From: Sulfurimonadaceae bacterium
GTDB taxonomy: Bacteria > Campylobacterota > Campylobacteria > Campylobacterales > Sulfurimonadaceae
Assembly: GCA_041562555.1 (NCBI GenBank)
Contig: JBFEXS010000003.1
Span: 1-48,975 of the forward strand
DNA: 48,975 nucleotides
Reading direction: 5' to 3'
The notes under the pieces are model-generated. The model worked only from the letters and a program-made list of their open reading frames with translations, did not search any database and had not been told where the DNA came from. The position numbers and the translations under genes were made by a program. Numbering within the stretch: position 1 is the stretch's first letter; each line of letters starts with the position of its first letter. Positions 29,795 through 40,594 of this stretch are shown here, in pieces.

Positions 29795-32700
29795 TAAAGT
29801 TTTCATTATTAAAGCCTGTCGTCATCACTGTCGGTGTCTTTCTGATCCTCATCTTTGGATTGATTGCACAAAGCCGTTTACCCAAACAGCTTACACCCAA
29901 TGTCATACAGCCCGAGATCGCCGTTAACACTACATGGCCCGGAGCAAGTCCCAAGGAGATTGAACGCGATATTATTCAAGAGCAGGAACTTGTTCTAAAA
30001 AACACACCCGGACTGGAGAAATATGAGTCAAAGGCCAAAGACAACAGCGGTTCATTGACCCTAACCTTCAAGCTAGGAGTCGATATCAACAAAGCGATGC
30101 TGGATGTATCCAATAAGCTCAACGAGGTCGATACCTACCCGGAAAACGTGCAAAAACCTGTTATCAAAGCCACCGGAGAGAGCGCTTCACCGGTGATCTG
30201 GACCATGCTTCAGACCTTGGAGGACAATCCAATCGATATTGATCATTACAAGACCTACTTGGAGAATGAAGTGCGCGAGCATTACGAACGTATCCCGGGG
30301 GTTGCGGAGCTTTTTATGCGTTCAGGAACGCCTAACGAGATGCAAGTTGTTTTAAATATGCAAAAAGTGGCCGCACACAAGTTAAGCATCGATACGATTA
30401 TTTCGACCATCCAGCGTAATAATATTGATGTCTCTGCCGGTTCCATGGATGTTGCTCGCCGCTCTTATCGCATCCGTACCACTTCTCAATACAGATCTCC
30501 TGAAGATATCAGAAACCTGGTTCTTGTTGCCAACGGTTCACAGGAACTGCGATTATCCGAAGTCGCCCAGGTGCGTTACGGACATGCAAAAAAATCTGCC
30601 ATCTCACTTGTCGATGGGATCAAAGGACTTATTATCGGCGTCAAGCCCGAAAATGATGCCAATATTGTAAAACTTACCGATGATGTCGAAGCCATGGTCA
30701 ACGAACTCAATGAAAAACAACTCAAGGAGATGGGCTTAAAGATCCGATGGTTAAATGACAAGCGCGACTATATTCAGGGGGCTATCGACCTTGTACAACA
30801 AAACATACTTGTAGGTGGACTGCTTGCAATCATCGTTTTACTGATCTTTTTACGGGCAATCTCCTCAACGACGGTCATTGCCCTTGCCATTCCTATCAGT
30901 ATTATTGCGACCTTTATAATCCTAGAAGCCCTTGGACGAAGCCTTAATACCATCTCTCTTGCCGGTATATCCTTTTCCGTCGGTATGCTTGTTGACTCGG
31001 CCATTGTTGTCTTGGAAAACATCGACCGACATAAGAAAATGGGTAAAAAGTTCTTCGACGCAGCACTGGATGGGACCAATGAAGTGTGGGGTGCACTTAT
31101 CGCTTCAGCACTCACGACTATCGCAGTTTTTCTGCCGATCATCTTCTTGGAGAATGAAGCAGGCCAACTTTTCAAAGACATCGCTATCGCCGTAACCGCA
31201 GCTGTCAGTTTTTCACTTTTTGTCTCCATCTCAGTCATCCCGATGCTGTGGAATCAACTTATGAAGTTCTCCAGACATGAGACCCACCAGCATAAAGAGG
31301 CCTCCGCTATTGTATCTTTGGGACATATGATCAATGATAAAATCATGTTTTTCGTAAAGTGGACACTTAAAAGCAGATCCCATCAATTGACTACCGTTGC
31401 ACTTCTGGTTCTCTTCTCCGGTATAAGTTCATATCTTCTTTTCCCTAAGATGGAGTATCTGCCGCAAGGAAACAGAAACCTTGTCTTTAACATCATGATC
31501 CCTCCCCCAGGACTTTCTTATGAAGAACGAAAAGGTATAGGCGAAGATATCTGGAAACGTATGGAAAAATACACCCGGTCTGAAGTAGACGGTTATCCCC
31601 AGGTCGAACGTCTCTTCTTTGTCTCTGGAGGAGATTTCATGGTCTTTGGTGTCTTGGCAAAGGATCCCTCCCGTGTAGCTGAGCTCATGCCTGTATTGAA
31701 GGAGGTGACAAACTCCTATCCCGGTATCTTTGGTATCTCAAAACAGGCCGGTGTTTTTGAACGGGGCCTGGGCAAGGGGCGCAGTGTGGATATTGATATC
31801 AGCGGATCATCTATTGAAGAGATCACCAAGGTCGCGGGTCAACTTTTTGAGATCTTATATAAGGAAGTCCCGGGAGCCCAAATACGACCGGAACCGTCCA
31901 TTGAGCTTCTCTTTCCGGAGATCAAGATCATTCCGGACAGAGAACGTTTACAGACGGTTGGACTCGATGCGCGCAGTCTGGGTATACTTGCCGATGTCTT
32001 GATGGACGGACGCAAGGTATCCGAGTTTAAAGTCGATGGAAAAAAGAAAATTGACCTTATTCTCAAAGCAGATCAAGAGACCATCACAACACCTGAAGAG
32101 CTGTATCATGCCCTTGTTGCAACACCAAATGGCGAATTGGTTACCTTTGATTCCCTTTCCACCTTGGAACGTGGCACCAGCATAAGTGTGATCCGTCACC
32201 TCGGGGGCAAACGCACCGTTACGCTTCAGGTGACTCCGCCTAAAGGTCTAAGTGTTTCTGAGAGCATTGAAATCGTCCAGAACAAAGTCCTTCCACAGAT
32301 TCACAATAAGAACATCACGCTCAGGCTCACCGGAACGGCAGACAAACTAACAGAGACTATCTCAGGCATGAGATACAACCTGATCCTTGCCGTTATCATC
32401 ACATATCTTTTGATGGCAGCACTTTTTGGAAACTTCTTCTACCCTCTGATCATTTTAGTCACCCTGCCTCTTGCTACGGCCGGAGGATTTATCGGATTGA
32501 GCTTAACCAATAATTTCTTGGCTCCTCAGGCCCTCGACATATTGACCATGCTTGGCTTTATCATCCTGATCGGGATCGTGGTCAATAATGCGATCTTGAT
32601 CGTACATCAAAGCCTTAATCTGATACGTTATCATGCTATGGAACATAAAACAGCCGTTATCGAAGCCACACACTCACGCCTACGTCCTATTTTCATGAGT

Positions 32701-32910
32701 ACGCTTACGTCTCTTTTTGGTATGCTTCCTCTGATTCTTGCACCGGGTCCGGGCTCGGAGTTTTACAGGGGTTTAGGTTCTGTCATCACCGGAGGGCTTT
32801 CCCTCTCAACCCTCTTTACCCTTTTCGTGATACCGGCACTTCTTCTCTTTGCTATAAAAGGGGAAACACCCTCCCAGCTTACCTCAACTGATCAAGGAGC
32901 CAATCAATGA
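29791..32910 (+). CDS. RND efflux permease (AcrB/AcrD/AcrF family)
   Basis: WPGASP, GMLVDSAIVVLENI, GIVVNNAIL, RLRPIFMSTLT; 1039 aa. Confidence 0.96.
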   Translation: MIKFSLLKPVVITVGVFLILIFGLIAQSRLPKQLTPNVIQPEIAVNTTWPGASPKEIERDIIQEQELVLKNTPGLEKYESKAKDNSGSLTLTFKLGVDINKAMLDVSNKLNEVDTYPENVQKPVIKATGESASPVIWTMLQTLEDNPIDIDHYKTYLENEVREHYERIPGVAELFMRSGTPNEMQVVLNMQKVAAHKLSIDTIISTIQRNNIDVSAGSMDVARRSYRIRTTSQYRSPEDIRNLVLVANGSQELRLSEVAQVRYGHAKKSAISLVDGIKGLIIGVKPENDANIVKLTDDVEAMVNELNEKQLKEMGLKIRWLNDKRDYIQGAIDLVQQNILVGGLLAIIVLLIFLRAISSTTVIALAIPISIIATFIILEALGRSLNTISLAGISFSVGMLVDSAIVVLENIDRHKKMGKKFFDAALDGTNEVWGALIASALTTIAVFLPIIFLENEAGQLFKDIAIAVTAAVSFSLFVSISVIPMLWNQLMKFSRHETHQHKEASAIVSLGHMINDKIMFFVKWTLKSRSHQLTTVALLVLFSGISSYLLFPKMEYLPQGNRNLVFNIMIPPPGLSYEERKGIGEDIWKRMEKYTRSEVDGYPQVERLFFVSGGDFMVFGVLAKDPSRVAELMPVLKEVTNSYPGIFGISKQAGVFERGLGKGRSVDIDISGSSIEEITKVAGQLFEILYKEVPGAQIRPEPSIELLFPEIKIIPDRERLQTVGLDARSLGILADVLMDGRKVSEFKVDGKKKIDLILKADQETITTPEELYHALVATPNGELVTFDSLSTLERGTSISVIRHLGGKRTVTLQVTPPKGLSVSESIEIVQNKVLPQIHNKNITLRLTGTADKLTETISGMRYNLILAVIITYLLMAALFGNFFYPLIILVTLPLATAGGFIGLSLTNNFLAPQALDILTMLGFIILIGIVVNNAILIVHQSLNLIRYHAMEHKTAVIEATHSRLRPIFMSTLTSLFGMLPLILAPGPGSEFYRGLGSVITGGLSLSTLFTLFVIPALLLFAIKGETPSQLTSTDQGANQ

Positions 32911-34157
32911 AAGTCCTGTTCATACTCATTTTCTCTGCCTTGTCATTATTTGCTTTGAATATCGATGAGGCCATTAACAGAGCTATGGAAAACAACCCAA
33001 GTCTTAAAGAAAAGTCCCTGCTGCTTCAAGCTTCCAAAGAGGACACCTATGCCGCCTATTCCGGTTTTAAACCAAAGCTCAATCTATCCTATGGCTATTC
33101 AGAGTTTTCACAGAAGAACTTTGTGGGAGCAGATTCCTCTTCGTCGGCAGATGCTACGCTCAGTTATAATCTCTTCAACGGTTTTTTTGATACACATACC
33201 CTCAAATTAAATCAGGAGAATGAGAATGTCGCCTACTATACCCATGAAGCAAGTAAAGCAGATCTAAGACTGCAAGTCCACCTTGCCTATATAAACTATC
33301 TACGTTCCAAGGAACAGATCCGTATCGCTCAGGAGACCATCACCCTTTTAGAACAACAGCACAAAGATGCCAAGAACTTCTATGAACAAGGACTGTTTGC
33401 CAAAAATGATTATCTACAGGTCGATGTGGAACTCTCTTCCGCAAAACAGGCACTGCTTCGTTCCAAACGAGATGTGAACCTGGCTTTTTACACCCTCAAA
33501 CGTCTTCTTGGATCCCAATTGCTTCGAGATGAACAGCTTGAAAAGATCAAACGTGAAATCAAAGAAATTTCCCTTGAAACACTTAAAGAAAAGATGCTCG
33601 ACAATAGAAGTGAACTCAAACTCTTACAGGCCCGGCAAGAGAGTCTGCACCATGCCTATCAAGCAGCCGCAGCAAACTACTATCCGAAAGTCGATGTAGC
33701 AGCAAAATACCAGATGGCCGGAGAAGACCCGATTCCTGATGGTGGTGCGACCTTCCAGACCCATGATCAGACCACTACTTCGCTTACACTCACATGGAAT
33801 CTTTACGAAGGAGGTTCCGATCAGGCAAAGCGTGCTTCATTGATGCACCAGGAGAGTGCGAGTAATGAACGTCTGAATGACCTGTACCTTGAACTTGATC
33901 TGCAACTTGAAGAAGCAAACGAAGCATACTTTCTTGCACGAAACCAGATCACCGTCGCCAAAAAGGCCTTGGAACAAGCAAAAGAGAACTTTAGGATTAC
34001 CAAAAACCAGTTTGAAGCCAACGTCGCCAATACCTCATTGATGCTTGACGCACAGCGTTTTTTAGCCCGTTCTCAAGTTGATTATTATGGCGCATACTTT
34101 CAGCTATACGATGCGATGGCACAACTCGAGCGGGTTATAGAAGAGGAGATCTTCTAA
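32907..34157 (+). CDS. TolC family outer-membrane factor
   Basis: Signal peptide, AMENNP, YNLFNG and WNLYEGG repeats. Confidence 0.93.
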   Translation: MKVLFILIFSALSLFALNIDEAINRAMENNPSLKEKSLLLQASKEDTYAAYSGFKPKLNLSYGYSEFSQKNFVGADSSSSADATLSYNLFNGFFDTHTLKLNQENENVAYYTHEASKADLRLQVHLAYINYLRSKEQIRIAQETITLLEQQHKDAKNFYEQGLFAKNDYLQVDVELSSAKQALLRSKRDVNLAFYTLKRLLGSQLLRDEQLEKIKREIKEISLETLKEKMLDNRSELKLLQARQESLHHAYQAAAANYYPKVDVAAKYQMAGEDPIPDGGATFQTHDQTTTSLTLTWNLYEGGSDQAKRASLMHQESASNERLNDLYLELDLQLEEANEAYFLARNQITVAKKALEQAKENFRITKNQFEANVANTSLMLDAQRFLARSQVDYYGAYFQLYDAMAQLERVIEEEIF

Positions 34158-34585
34158 AACTTCAACGCTTCTATTACCATATTTGTACCGGCTTCGACCC
34201 GCACTACACGATCTGCTATCTGCAGTAGTTTTGACCCTATCGGTCCAGCCGGAAGCTGAGCAGAGAGTTCATAAGGCACCGGTTTAGCAATAGTGATATA
34301 TTCCTGAGGCAGAGGCTTGCCCACATTGAGCTTTTTTTCCCATCCCGGAGGCAGTGTTCCGGTACGGCGCATCTTCTTTTGAAGACCCGGCGGAAGGCTT
34401 CGGTAATAGTTTTGAATCGTATTTTTCTCTTGTCTACTAAAGGTATAACTTGTTTCCCTTAGCTTCTTTTGATGTTTTTTATGTGCTTTCTCTTTCTTCC
34501 CCTGACCCGCGTGTTCAGGTTTCTTAGCATATAGCCCTGTACTTAAAAGCAAACTTACGGTGACTAACGATGTCAAAATCTTCAT
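34154..34585 (-). CDS. Periplasmic RcnB/CigR-like protein
   Basis: Signal peptide, Lys/His-rich segment, LPPGLQKK...LPPGW motifs. Confidence 0.65.
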   Translation of the reverse strand: MKILTSLVTVSLLLSTGLYAKKPEHAGQGKKEKAHKKHQKKLRETSYTFSRQEKNTIQNYYRSLPPGLQKKMRRTGTLPPGWEKKLNVGKPLPQEYITIAKPVPYELSAQLPAGPIGSKLLQIADRVVRVEAGTNMVIEALKF

Positions 34586-34602
34586 CTTTTCTCCTATCCA
34601 TT

Positions 34603-35991
34603 TTACTGATAATAATACCCAAAAAAGATAAACAGAACTAAAGCGACCACTCCGCTAAAAAGTGCATATGGAAGTTGTGTTCTGACATGCTCGATGGTTT
34701 CGCATTCAGCTGCCATAGCCGAGATGATCGTCGTATCCGATATAGGTGAACAGTGATCACCGAAAACTCCTCCTGATATCACTGCCGCTATCACAAGAGG
34801 AATATTCGCATCCAGTACTGCCGCCATTGGAAGGGCGATCGGGATCATGATACTAAAAGTCCCCCAGGAAGTGCCTGTCGAAAAAGAGATCAATGCCGAT
34901 ATAACAAAGATCAAGCCGGCCAGATAGACAGGGTTTAAAAACCCTTCTACCAAAGAGGCTAGGTACGGACCTGTTTTCAGTTCTACCGTCACTTCTCCCA
35001 ATGCAAAAGCCAGCAGAAGTATCACACCAATCCCCACCATACTTCCTGCACCCATCTTTAACTCATACATATATTTCTCAAATCCCATGATCTTCTGAGT
35101 CACATAATAGATCGCCATGAATACCAGCGTCGCTAGGACGGAATAGAAGATAGATGCAGAACCTGAACCCTCAAGGATGTTTCCCTTCCCTGTCAAATAC
35201 AAGAACAGCGGTACACTCAGCAACATCACTGCAATCGGATAGAACATCGCCCGTACATCTGTACCCTTCCCTCTGTCATCGGTATCTCTTATTTCCGGTT
35301 CTACTATTGCGAGTGACTCGGACCTCTTCATCTCGCCAAAGTCTTTACCGCTATAGATAACGCCAAAAAGAACGATCATTGTCACAATGGCATAAAAGTT
35401 CAGAGGTATCGCATATACAAGAAGCGAAAGCTTTTCTCCTTCTATCACCCCTTCGGAAATCTGTACACCGATCAATCCCAATAACAAAGCTCCCCAACCG
35501 TTAAACGGGAAAAGAGAGCATACAGGAGAAGAGGTACTGTCGCACAGATATGCAAGTTTGGCTTTTGAGATCTTGTATTTTGAGGCCAAAGGCTTGGTCA
35601 ATGTACCAACGACCAAAGCTGTGATCGAAGATTCCAAAAAGATGACGACACCAATAAAATAGCCCATAAGAAGCGTGTCACGCTTGTTCTGAATACGTTT
35701 TTTGCCGACATAGGAGATGAAGGCCTCGATCCCACCCGAACTGGAGATGAGACGAATGATGGATCCTACCATGATCACAAAGAAAAGGGTCTTTATCTTC
35801 CAAGCTTCTTGGAACTGAGAAAGCAGTTTATCAATAGTCACCGGGAAGAGTGCCAGAAGATCCCCGCCAAGGAGAATCAACTCACCTAAAATAATACCAC
35901 TAAGCAAGGAGACAAACACCTGTCTTGTCAACAGGGCCATAACGATAGCTAACAGGGGAGGTAGAAGGGAGAGGCTTGTTAAGTGTTCTAT
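34603..35991 (-). CDS. NhaC-family membrane transporter (probable ATA start at 35991; first ATG at 35940)
   Basis: KLAYLCDS, STGTSWGTF, GGVFGDHCSPISDTTI, EHVRTQLPYA. The family's first helix (SLLPPLLAIV) lies upstream of the first ATG. Confidence 0.88.
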   Translation of the reverse strand: MEHLTSLSLLPPLLAIVMALLTRQVFVSLLSGIILGELILLGGDLLALFPVTIDKLLSQFQEAWKIKTLFFVIMVGSIIRLISSSGGIEAFISYVGKKRIQNKRDTLLMGYFIGVVIFLESSITALVVGTLTKPLASKYKISKAKLAYLCDSTSSPVCSLFPFNGWGALLLGLIGVQISEGVIEGEKLSLLVYAIPLNFYAIVTMIVLFGVIYSGKDFGEMKRSESLAIVEPEIRDTDDRGKGTDVRAMFYPIAVMLLSVPLFLYLTGKGNILEGSGSASIFYSVLATLVFMAIYYVTQKIMGFEKYMYELKMGAGSMVGIGVILLLAFALGEVTVELKTGPYLASLVEGFLNPVYLAGLIFVISALISFSTGTSWGTFSIMIPIALPMAAVLDANIPLVIAAVISGGVFGDHCSPISDTTIISAMAAECETIEHVRTQLPYALFSGVVALVLFIFFGYYYQ

Positions 35992-36603
35992 CTAAAGCTC
36001 CACCACGTAAGAGGTGATTCCCGGGCGACCAAACTTCTCAAGATAGTAATCACTCTTTTTCTCTTCTTTGGCAGTAAAGCCCATCTTTTCATAAGCCATC
36101 TGGGTTTCGACAGAACCGATTTCAATACCCGTCTGAGCACGTCTAAAACCTTTTAAGCGTGCATTTAACAGAACCTTTTTCACCAGTTCTTTCACGACTC
36201 CAAGGCCGCGAAAACGCTCTTTGGTGATCATAAAGTCCAGTACCAAAGTATTCTTCTCCACACTTGGTTCGCACATCAGATAAGCAGCAATACGCTCTTT
36301 GTAATCCCCCTGGCAGCCCATCTGTTCAAGGGCCTCACTCATACTTTCCCATGAGATCTTGTATCCGTCATACCCGCATAGAGCACCTGCCAGGTTTCCA
36401 TCCACTTCAGCGATCAAGAAATTACTGTAATGACAGATTGTCTTTACCTCGTGAGACACAAGCATCTCAAGGGTCTTAGGAATATCTTCTGCAGGAGAGA
36501 AAAGAAGGTCAAAGACTCCCTGTTTCTTTCCCGCACGGGAAGATTCTAAGATTGCCCACGCTATAAATGCTGCATCTTCGACTTTCGCTGGACGGATTTT
36601 CAT
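35992..36603 (-). CDS. GNAT family N-acetyltransferase
   Basis: MKIRPAKVED, ERFRGLGV acetyl-CoA motif, YEKMGF. Confidence 0.9.
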   Translation of the reverse strand: MKIRPAKVEDAAFIAWAILESSRAGKKQGVFDLLFSPAEDIPKTLEMLVSHEVKTICHYSNFLIAEVDGNLAGALCGYDGYKISWESMSEALEQMGCQGDYKERIAAYLMCEPSVEKNTLVLDFMITKERFRGLGVVKELVKKVLLNARLKGFRRAQTGIEIGSVETQMAYEKMGFTAKEEKKSDYYLEKFGRPGITSYVVEL

Positions 36604-36679
36604 AATTAGCTTCCTGCTTATAAATTACGATTATGGTATTATAGTTATCTTTAAATCAAACTAAGTTATTGAAATTATT

Positions 36680-37351
36680 ATGAAAAAGCTACTTCTACTA
36701 CTCATCACTTTAAAACTGTATGCGCTGCCGATTATCCCTCATGAGACTGAACAGCTTGTCATCGTCAGTGCCAAAGAGCTCAACGCAACTACTGCCATGC
36801 TCTACACCTATGAGAAACATCCCTCGGGTTGGCAGCAGGTTTTTATGCCGATTAGTGTAAACGTGGGACGTAAGGGTATGGCTTGGGCAGAATCCTCACA
36901 GAATGGACATTTAAAGTATGAAGGCGACGGTAAAGCGCCTGCGGGTCTTTTCTCATTCGTATATTTTTTTGGATATGAAAATCACGATTTCAATTTTCCT
37001 TATCATCAGGTCGATTCACTAGATATCTGTGTAGATGACACTGATTCTATTGACTACAATCGACTAATACGTACGGAAACCAGGACACAGTATCAAAGCT
37101 ATGAAGAGATGCGACGGAAAGATGACCTTTATAAACTGGGTATTGTCATCGACTATAATGCACAGCAACACCACAAAAGAGGTTCGTGTATCTTTATGCA
37201 CATACAAAAATCAAAAGGGTCTCCTACGGCAGGCTGTACTTCCATGCCTGAAGCAGACCTGCTGTTACTGATGCGATGGCTGGACCCGATCAAAAACCCT
37301 AAACTTTTACAAGGTCCGGAAGATTATGTTCAAAAGGTATTTACACCTTAG
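36680..37351 (+). CDS. L,D-transpeptidase/carboxypeptidase (YkuD-like)
   Basis: Signal peptide, EGDGKAPAG, GSCIFMH...PTAGC His/Cys dyad. Confidence 0.88.
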   Translation: MKKLLLLLITLKLYALPIIPHETEQLVIVSAKELNATTAMLYTYEKHPSGWQQVFMPISVNVGRKGMAWAESSQNGHLKYEGDGKAPAGLFSFVYFFGYENHDFNFPYHQVDSLDICVDDTDSIDYNRLIRTETRTQYQSYEEMRRKDDLYKLGIVIDYNAQQHHKRGSCIFMHIQKSKGSPTAGCTSMPEADLLLLMRWLDPIKNPKLLQGPEDYVQKVFTP

Positions 37352-38337
37352 CGTACACAGTTTGCTTCCGCTTCAAACAGCCGTTTGCCCACATAAGGTC
37401 GGATGCGTCCATGCCACTCTACATAACGCATGGCACTTCTTCCACAACTGTCAGATGCTGCTTTATCGTAGGATTTCATCTGCTTGATCGCATCTCTTAG
37501 ACCGCATGCATCGTTTTGATCTTGCAAGACCCTGATCATCCAGTAGTTTACCGCTGTAATATCGTTCAGACAAGCTGTCTTTTGTTGGTTCTGAAGTTCC
37601 TCATCCACCCCGTTACTGACTTCTCTTAGGGCATACAGCTCTTCTTTTAGACTCTTAAGACTCTCTTGATAATACTCCAAAGGCGTCAATTCGCGTTTCA
37701 CATCTTCCACCGGCGCTATACTCTTTTGTACAGGAGGTATCACAGAGGCTTGTATTTGGACAGGTTCAATGGCAGCGACAGGGGTACTTGCACTCGCAGC
37801 AGTCGTTTGAGTAGGCTTTTGCTCCGGTTTCAGAGTATCAACAGTCTTTGTCGGCTCAGGAGCTTTGGCAGTTTTTTTGACCGGCTTAGGCCTATTCGCT
37901 TCTTTCTCATACTTCTTCAAGTCCCTAAGTATCTTTGCATCAAGATAAAAACCGGCTTGATACATGACACCTAGACTTTGATAATCACCCTTCTGGTAAA
38001 AACGTTGTATGTCTGATTCCAGCTGCTGATCGATCGCTTCGTGACGATTACTCAGGATACGGAGCGTTTTGGCATAGGCTTTGATCTGACTCTTATCCAT
38101 TGCAGCTTCCGGGTCGTCCAAAAGTGCATCAATCGCAATCCCTTTTTGAAGACTGGCATTGGCATCGATTAAAAATGCCTCAAAAAGTTCCGGACGCTCA
38201 AGATGTACGTCCAGGCCTTTGATCTTCCTATACCTATCCATACTCTCATACACACTATCCCCCGCAGAAGAGAAGATTTTAGGATAGGATGAAGCATAAG
38301 AGATGACAGCCATCAATATGAGTAGATAATAACGCAT
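37348..38337 (-). CDS. Hypothetical secreted protein
   Basis: Signal peptide, helical N-terminal domain, Pro/Thr/Ala/Lys-rich linker, C-terminal domain with 4 Cys. Confidence 0.75.
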   Translation of the reverse strand: MRYYLLILMAVISYASSYPKIFSSAGDSVYESMDRYRKIKGLDVHLERPELFEAFLIDANASLQKGIAIDALLDDPEAAMDKSQIKAYAKTLRILSNRHEAIDQQLESDIQRFYQKGDYQSLGVMYQAGFYLDAKILRDLKKYEKEANRPKPVKKTAKAPEPTKTVDTLKPEQKPTQTTAASASTPVAAIEPVQIQASVIPPVQKSIAPVEDVKRELTPLEYYQESLKSLKEELYALREVSNGVDEELQNQQKTACLNDITAVNYWMIRVLQDQNDACGLRDAIKQMKSYDKAASDSCGRSAMRYVEWHGRIRPYVGKRLFEAEANCVR

Positions 38338-38454
38338 TGAATTCCTTTATAGATGAAGACCCCAATCAGATATAAAGCTGATGTTCATAAGTGCACATAT
38401 GCTATCACGCTTTATCTAAAATATGTATTAACACTTTTGCAAGCACCTTTTATC

Positions 38455-40131
38455 TCATGCCAACGATGAGATTGGCTCAGGTTCGGCATAATAGTAGCCT
38501 TGGGCATAATCAACACCCAGACTTAACAGCACTTTTTCCACATGCTCGTTCTCAACGAATTCACAAATCGTCTTCATCCCCATTACATGGGATATCTCGT
38601 TGATAGACTGTACCATTGCCCGGTTAATAAGGTTTTCATCGATATCACAGACAAATGCACCGTCTACCTTCAGATAATCTACCGGGAAGTTCTGTAAATA
38701 CGAGAAAGAAGAGAGACCCGAACCAAAATCATCCAAAGAGAACCTGCAGCCTAAGGAGCGCATACGATTGATAAACTTCAGTGCCGTATTCAAATTGGAA
38801 ACGGCAGCAGTCTCCGTTACCTCAAAACAGATTGACTGATACGGCACATTATAGGTATGAAAAAGGCCTTCAATATAGGCACCCATCGTTTCGTCATTCA
38901 ATGAGGTCCCTGAGAGATTAATACTAAAACGATAAAGTTGCGAGCTGTGTTCCTGAAGATGAACATACTCTTTGAACACAGCCTCGATCACCCATCTGTC
39001 GATGCGGTTCATCACTCCGTAACGTTCTGCAGGAGGGATAAAGGCCATTGGAGAGATGATCCTTCCGTCTTTGTCTTCCAAGCGTATCAAAACCTCATAA
39101 TGCTTGATAGACTCATTACTATGGTGCAACGGGATTATCGGCTGTACATAAAGGCGAAAATGTTCATTTTCCAAAGCCTCGGTAAGCTTGGCCAACCACT
39201 GCATCTCACCTCTACGCTCTTGCATCTTATGATCATTCCGGCTTGTAATGTGAATACAGTTACGCCCCTTTTCCTTCGCCTCATAACAGGCGGCATCTGC
39301 TGCAGAGATAATATCTACAAGTGAGCAGCACTCACGTTCTATCGGGACCATTCCCATGCTGGCACCCACTACAAACACCTTACCGTCATGGCTAAATCGA
39401 TACTCCTTGATCGAGCGCAGTATCTTCTCAGCCATCTTCACGACCTCTTCTTGGCTCTTTCCTACAAACAGGATTCCAAACTCATCTCCTCCCAAACGGG
39501 CAACTATATCCTTCTCCCCTACTCCCTTTTGCAAGATCAAAGAGATATGCTTCAAGAGCTCATCCCCCACCGCATGTCCGGAAGTATCATTGACGATCTT
39601 GAACTGATCAAGATCGACATAACACATGAAACTTTGTCCCGCAGCCTTGGAGGAATATTTCAAGGCAAAAGAAAGCCGCTTTTCAAACTCATAACGATTA
39701 TATAGACCGGTCACCGTATCATGTACTGCCAGATGCTGAAGCTCTTTCGTGCGTTTTTTAATCTCTTCCTCAAGACTGCTCGAATGTTTATGCAACTTCT
39801 CATTCAGGTTTTGGTTCATAAAATCGGCCCGCGCCAAAGCATCGGTATTGACCGTCACTTCATACCCCAGAGCAAAAAAGAGTGCGATCACGACAACAAT
39901 ATTCAAACGAATCAGCATTGGGTCATCGATGAACAAAAACATCATCACAAAGAAACCGATTAAAAAAGTAAAGAGATTAAGGTGCATCCCCATACATGAC
40001 TTAACCTGAAGCTGACAATAATTACACCGCTCATAAGGTTTAAACCCGTTACGCGCCAAGACACAGTTTTTGTTTGTCTTACCCTCTTGCTGCGTAAAAA
40101 GACTCACCTCTTCCGGGGACTGCTCAATCAT
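38455..40131 (-). CDS. Membrane GGDEF-EAL protein with an N-terminal Cys-motif domain
   Basis: GGAG RBS 6 nt before ATG 40131; Cx12Cx2Cx6C, two TM helices, coiled coil, RLGGDEF, EVLIR, DDFGSG, EFVE, QGYYY. Confidence 0.92.
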   Translation of the reverse strand: MIEQSPEEVSLFTQQEGKTNKNCVLARNGFKPYERCNYCQLQVKSCMGMHLNLFTFLIGFFVMMFLFIDDPMLIRLNIVVVIALFFALGYEVTVNTDALARADFMNQNLNEKLHKHSSSLEEEIKKRTKELQHLAVHDTVTGLYNRYEFEKRLSFALKYSSKAAGQSFMCYVDLDQFKIVNDTSGHAVGDELLKHISLILQKGVGEKDIVARLGGDEFGILFVGKSQEEVVKMAEKILRSIKEYRFSHDGKVFVVGASMGMVPIERECCSLVDIISAADAACYEAKEKGRNCIHITSRNDHKMQERRGEMQWLAKLTEALENEHFRLYVQPIIPLHHSNESIKHYEVLIRLEDKDGRIISPMAFIPPAERYGVMNRIDRWVIEAVFKEYVHLQEHSSQLYRFSINLSGTSLNDETMGAYIEGLFHTYNVPYQSICFEVTETAAVSNLNTALKFINRMRSLGCRFSLDDFGSGLSSFSYLQNFPVDYLKVDGAFVCDIDENLINRAMVQSINEISHVMGMKTICEFVENEHVEKVLLSLGVDYAQGYYYAEPEPISSLA

Positions 40132-40594
40132 CCAGAGCTCCAATCTTATGCATAAGTTTTTTGTACCCGATATAGAGCAAAGATGAAAGACAGAAGCCAA
40201 AAAAACCTGATATCAACATGGCGATCCCCATAAATGAACCTAACATCCATGCGGCCAATTCGTTCTGCGAATACAGATAAACAATACATGTACCACCTGC
40301 TATGCGCATCAGATCTTCAAATATCTCTGCTAAACGGTTGGTTATATAAGAATGTGCATATTGCGGAGCCGTCTCAAACAAGGGTTTGGACAGAATAAAA
40401 CTGAAAAGCCTGTACAGCATCGTCGTTGGAGAATAGTTCATCGTCGTTATAAAACTCAAAAGGCTTAAAATCAAAAAAGCATAAATAAACTCTATCCGCT
40501 GGAACAAAACACCGATAAGAATACATAGTCCAAAGATCAGACGCTGAAACTGTACGTATTCTGCCTTGGGCTGCTTATATTTTAAAAAAATCAT
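40124..40594 (-). CDS. Small membrane protein, DUF4395-like
   Basis: About 4 TM helices and C-terminal GFFGFCLSSLLY, resembling the DUF4395 FGFCLGC motif; overlaps the downstream GGDEF-EAL gene. Confidence 0.65.
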   Translation of the reverse strand: MIFLKYKQPKAEYVQFQRLIFGLCILIGVLFQRIEFIYAFLILSLLSFITTMNYSPTTMLYRLFSFILSKPLFETAPQYAHSYITNRLAEIFEDLMRIAGGTCIVYLYSQNELAAWMLGSFMGIAMLISGFFGFCLSSLLYIGYKKLMHKIGALDD

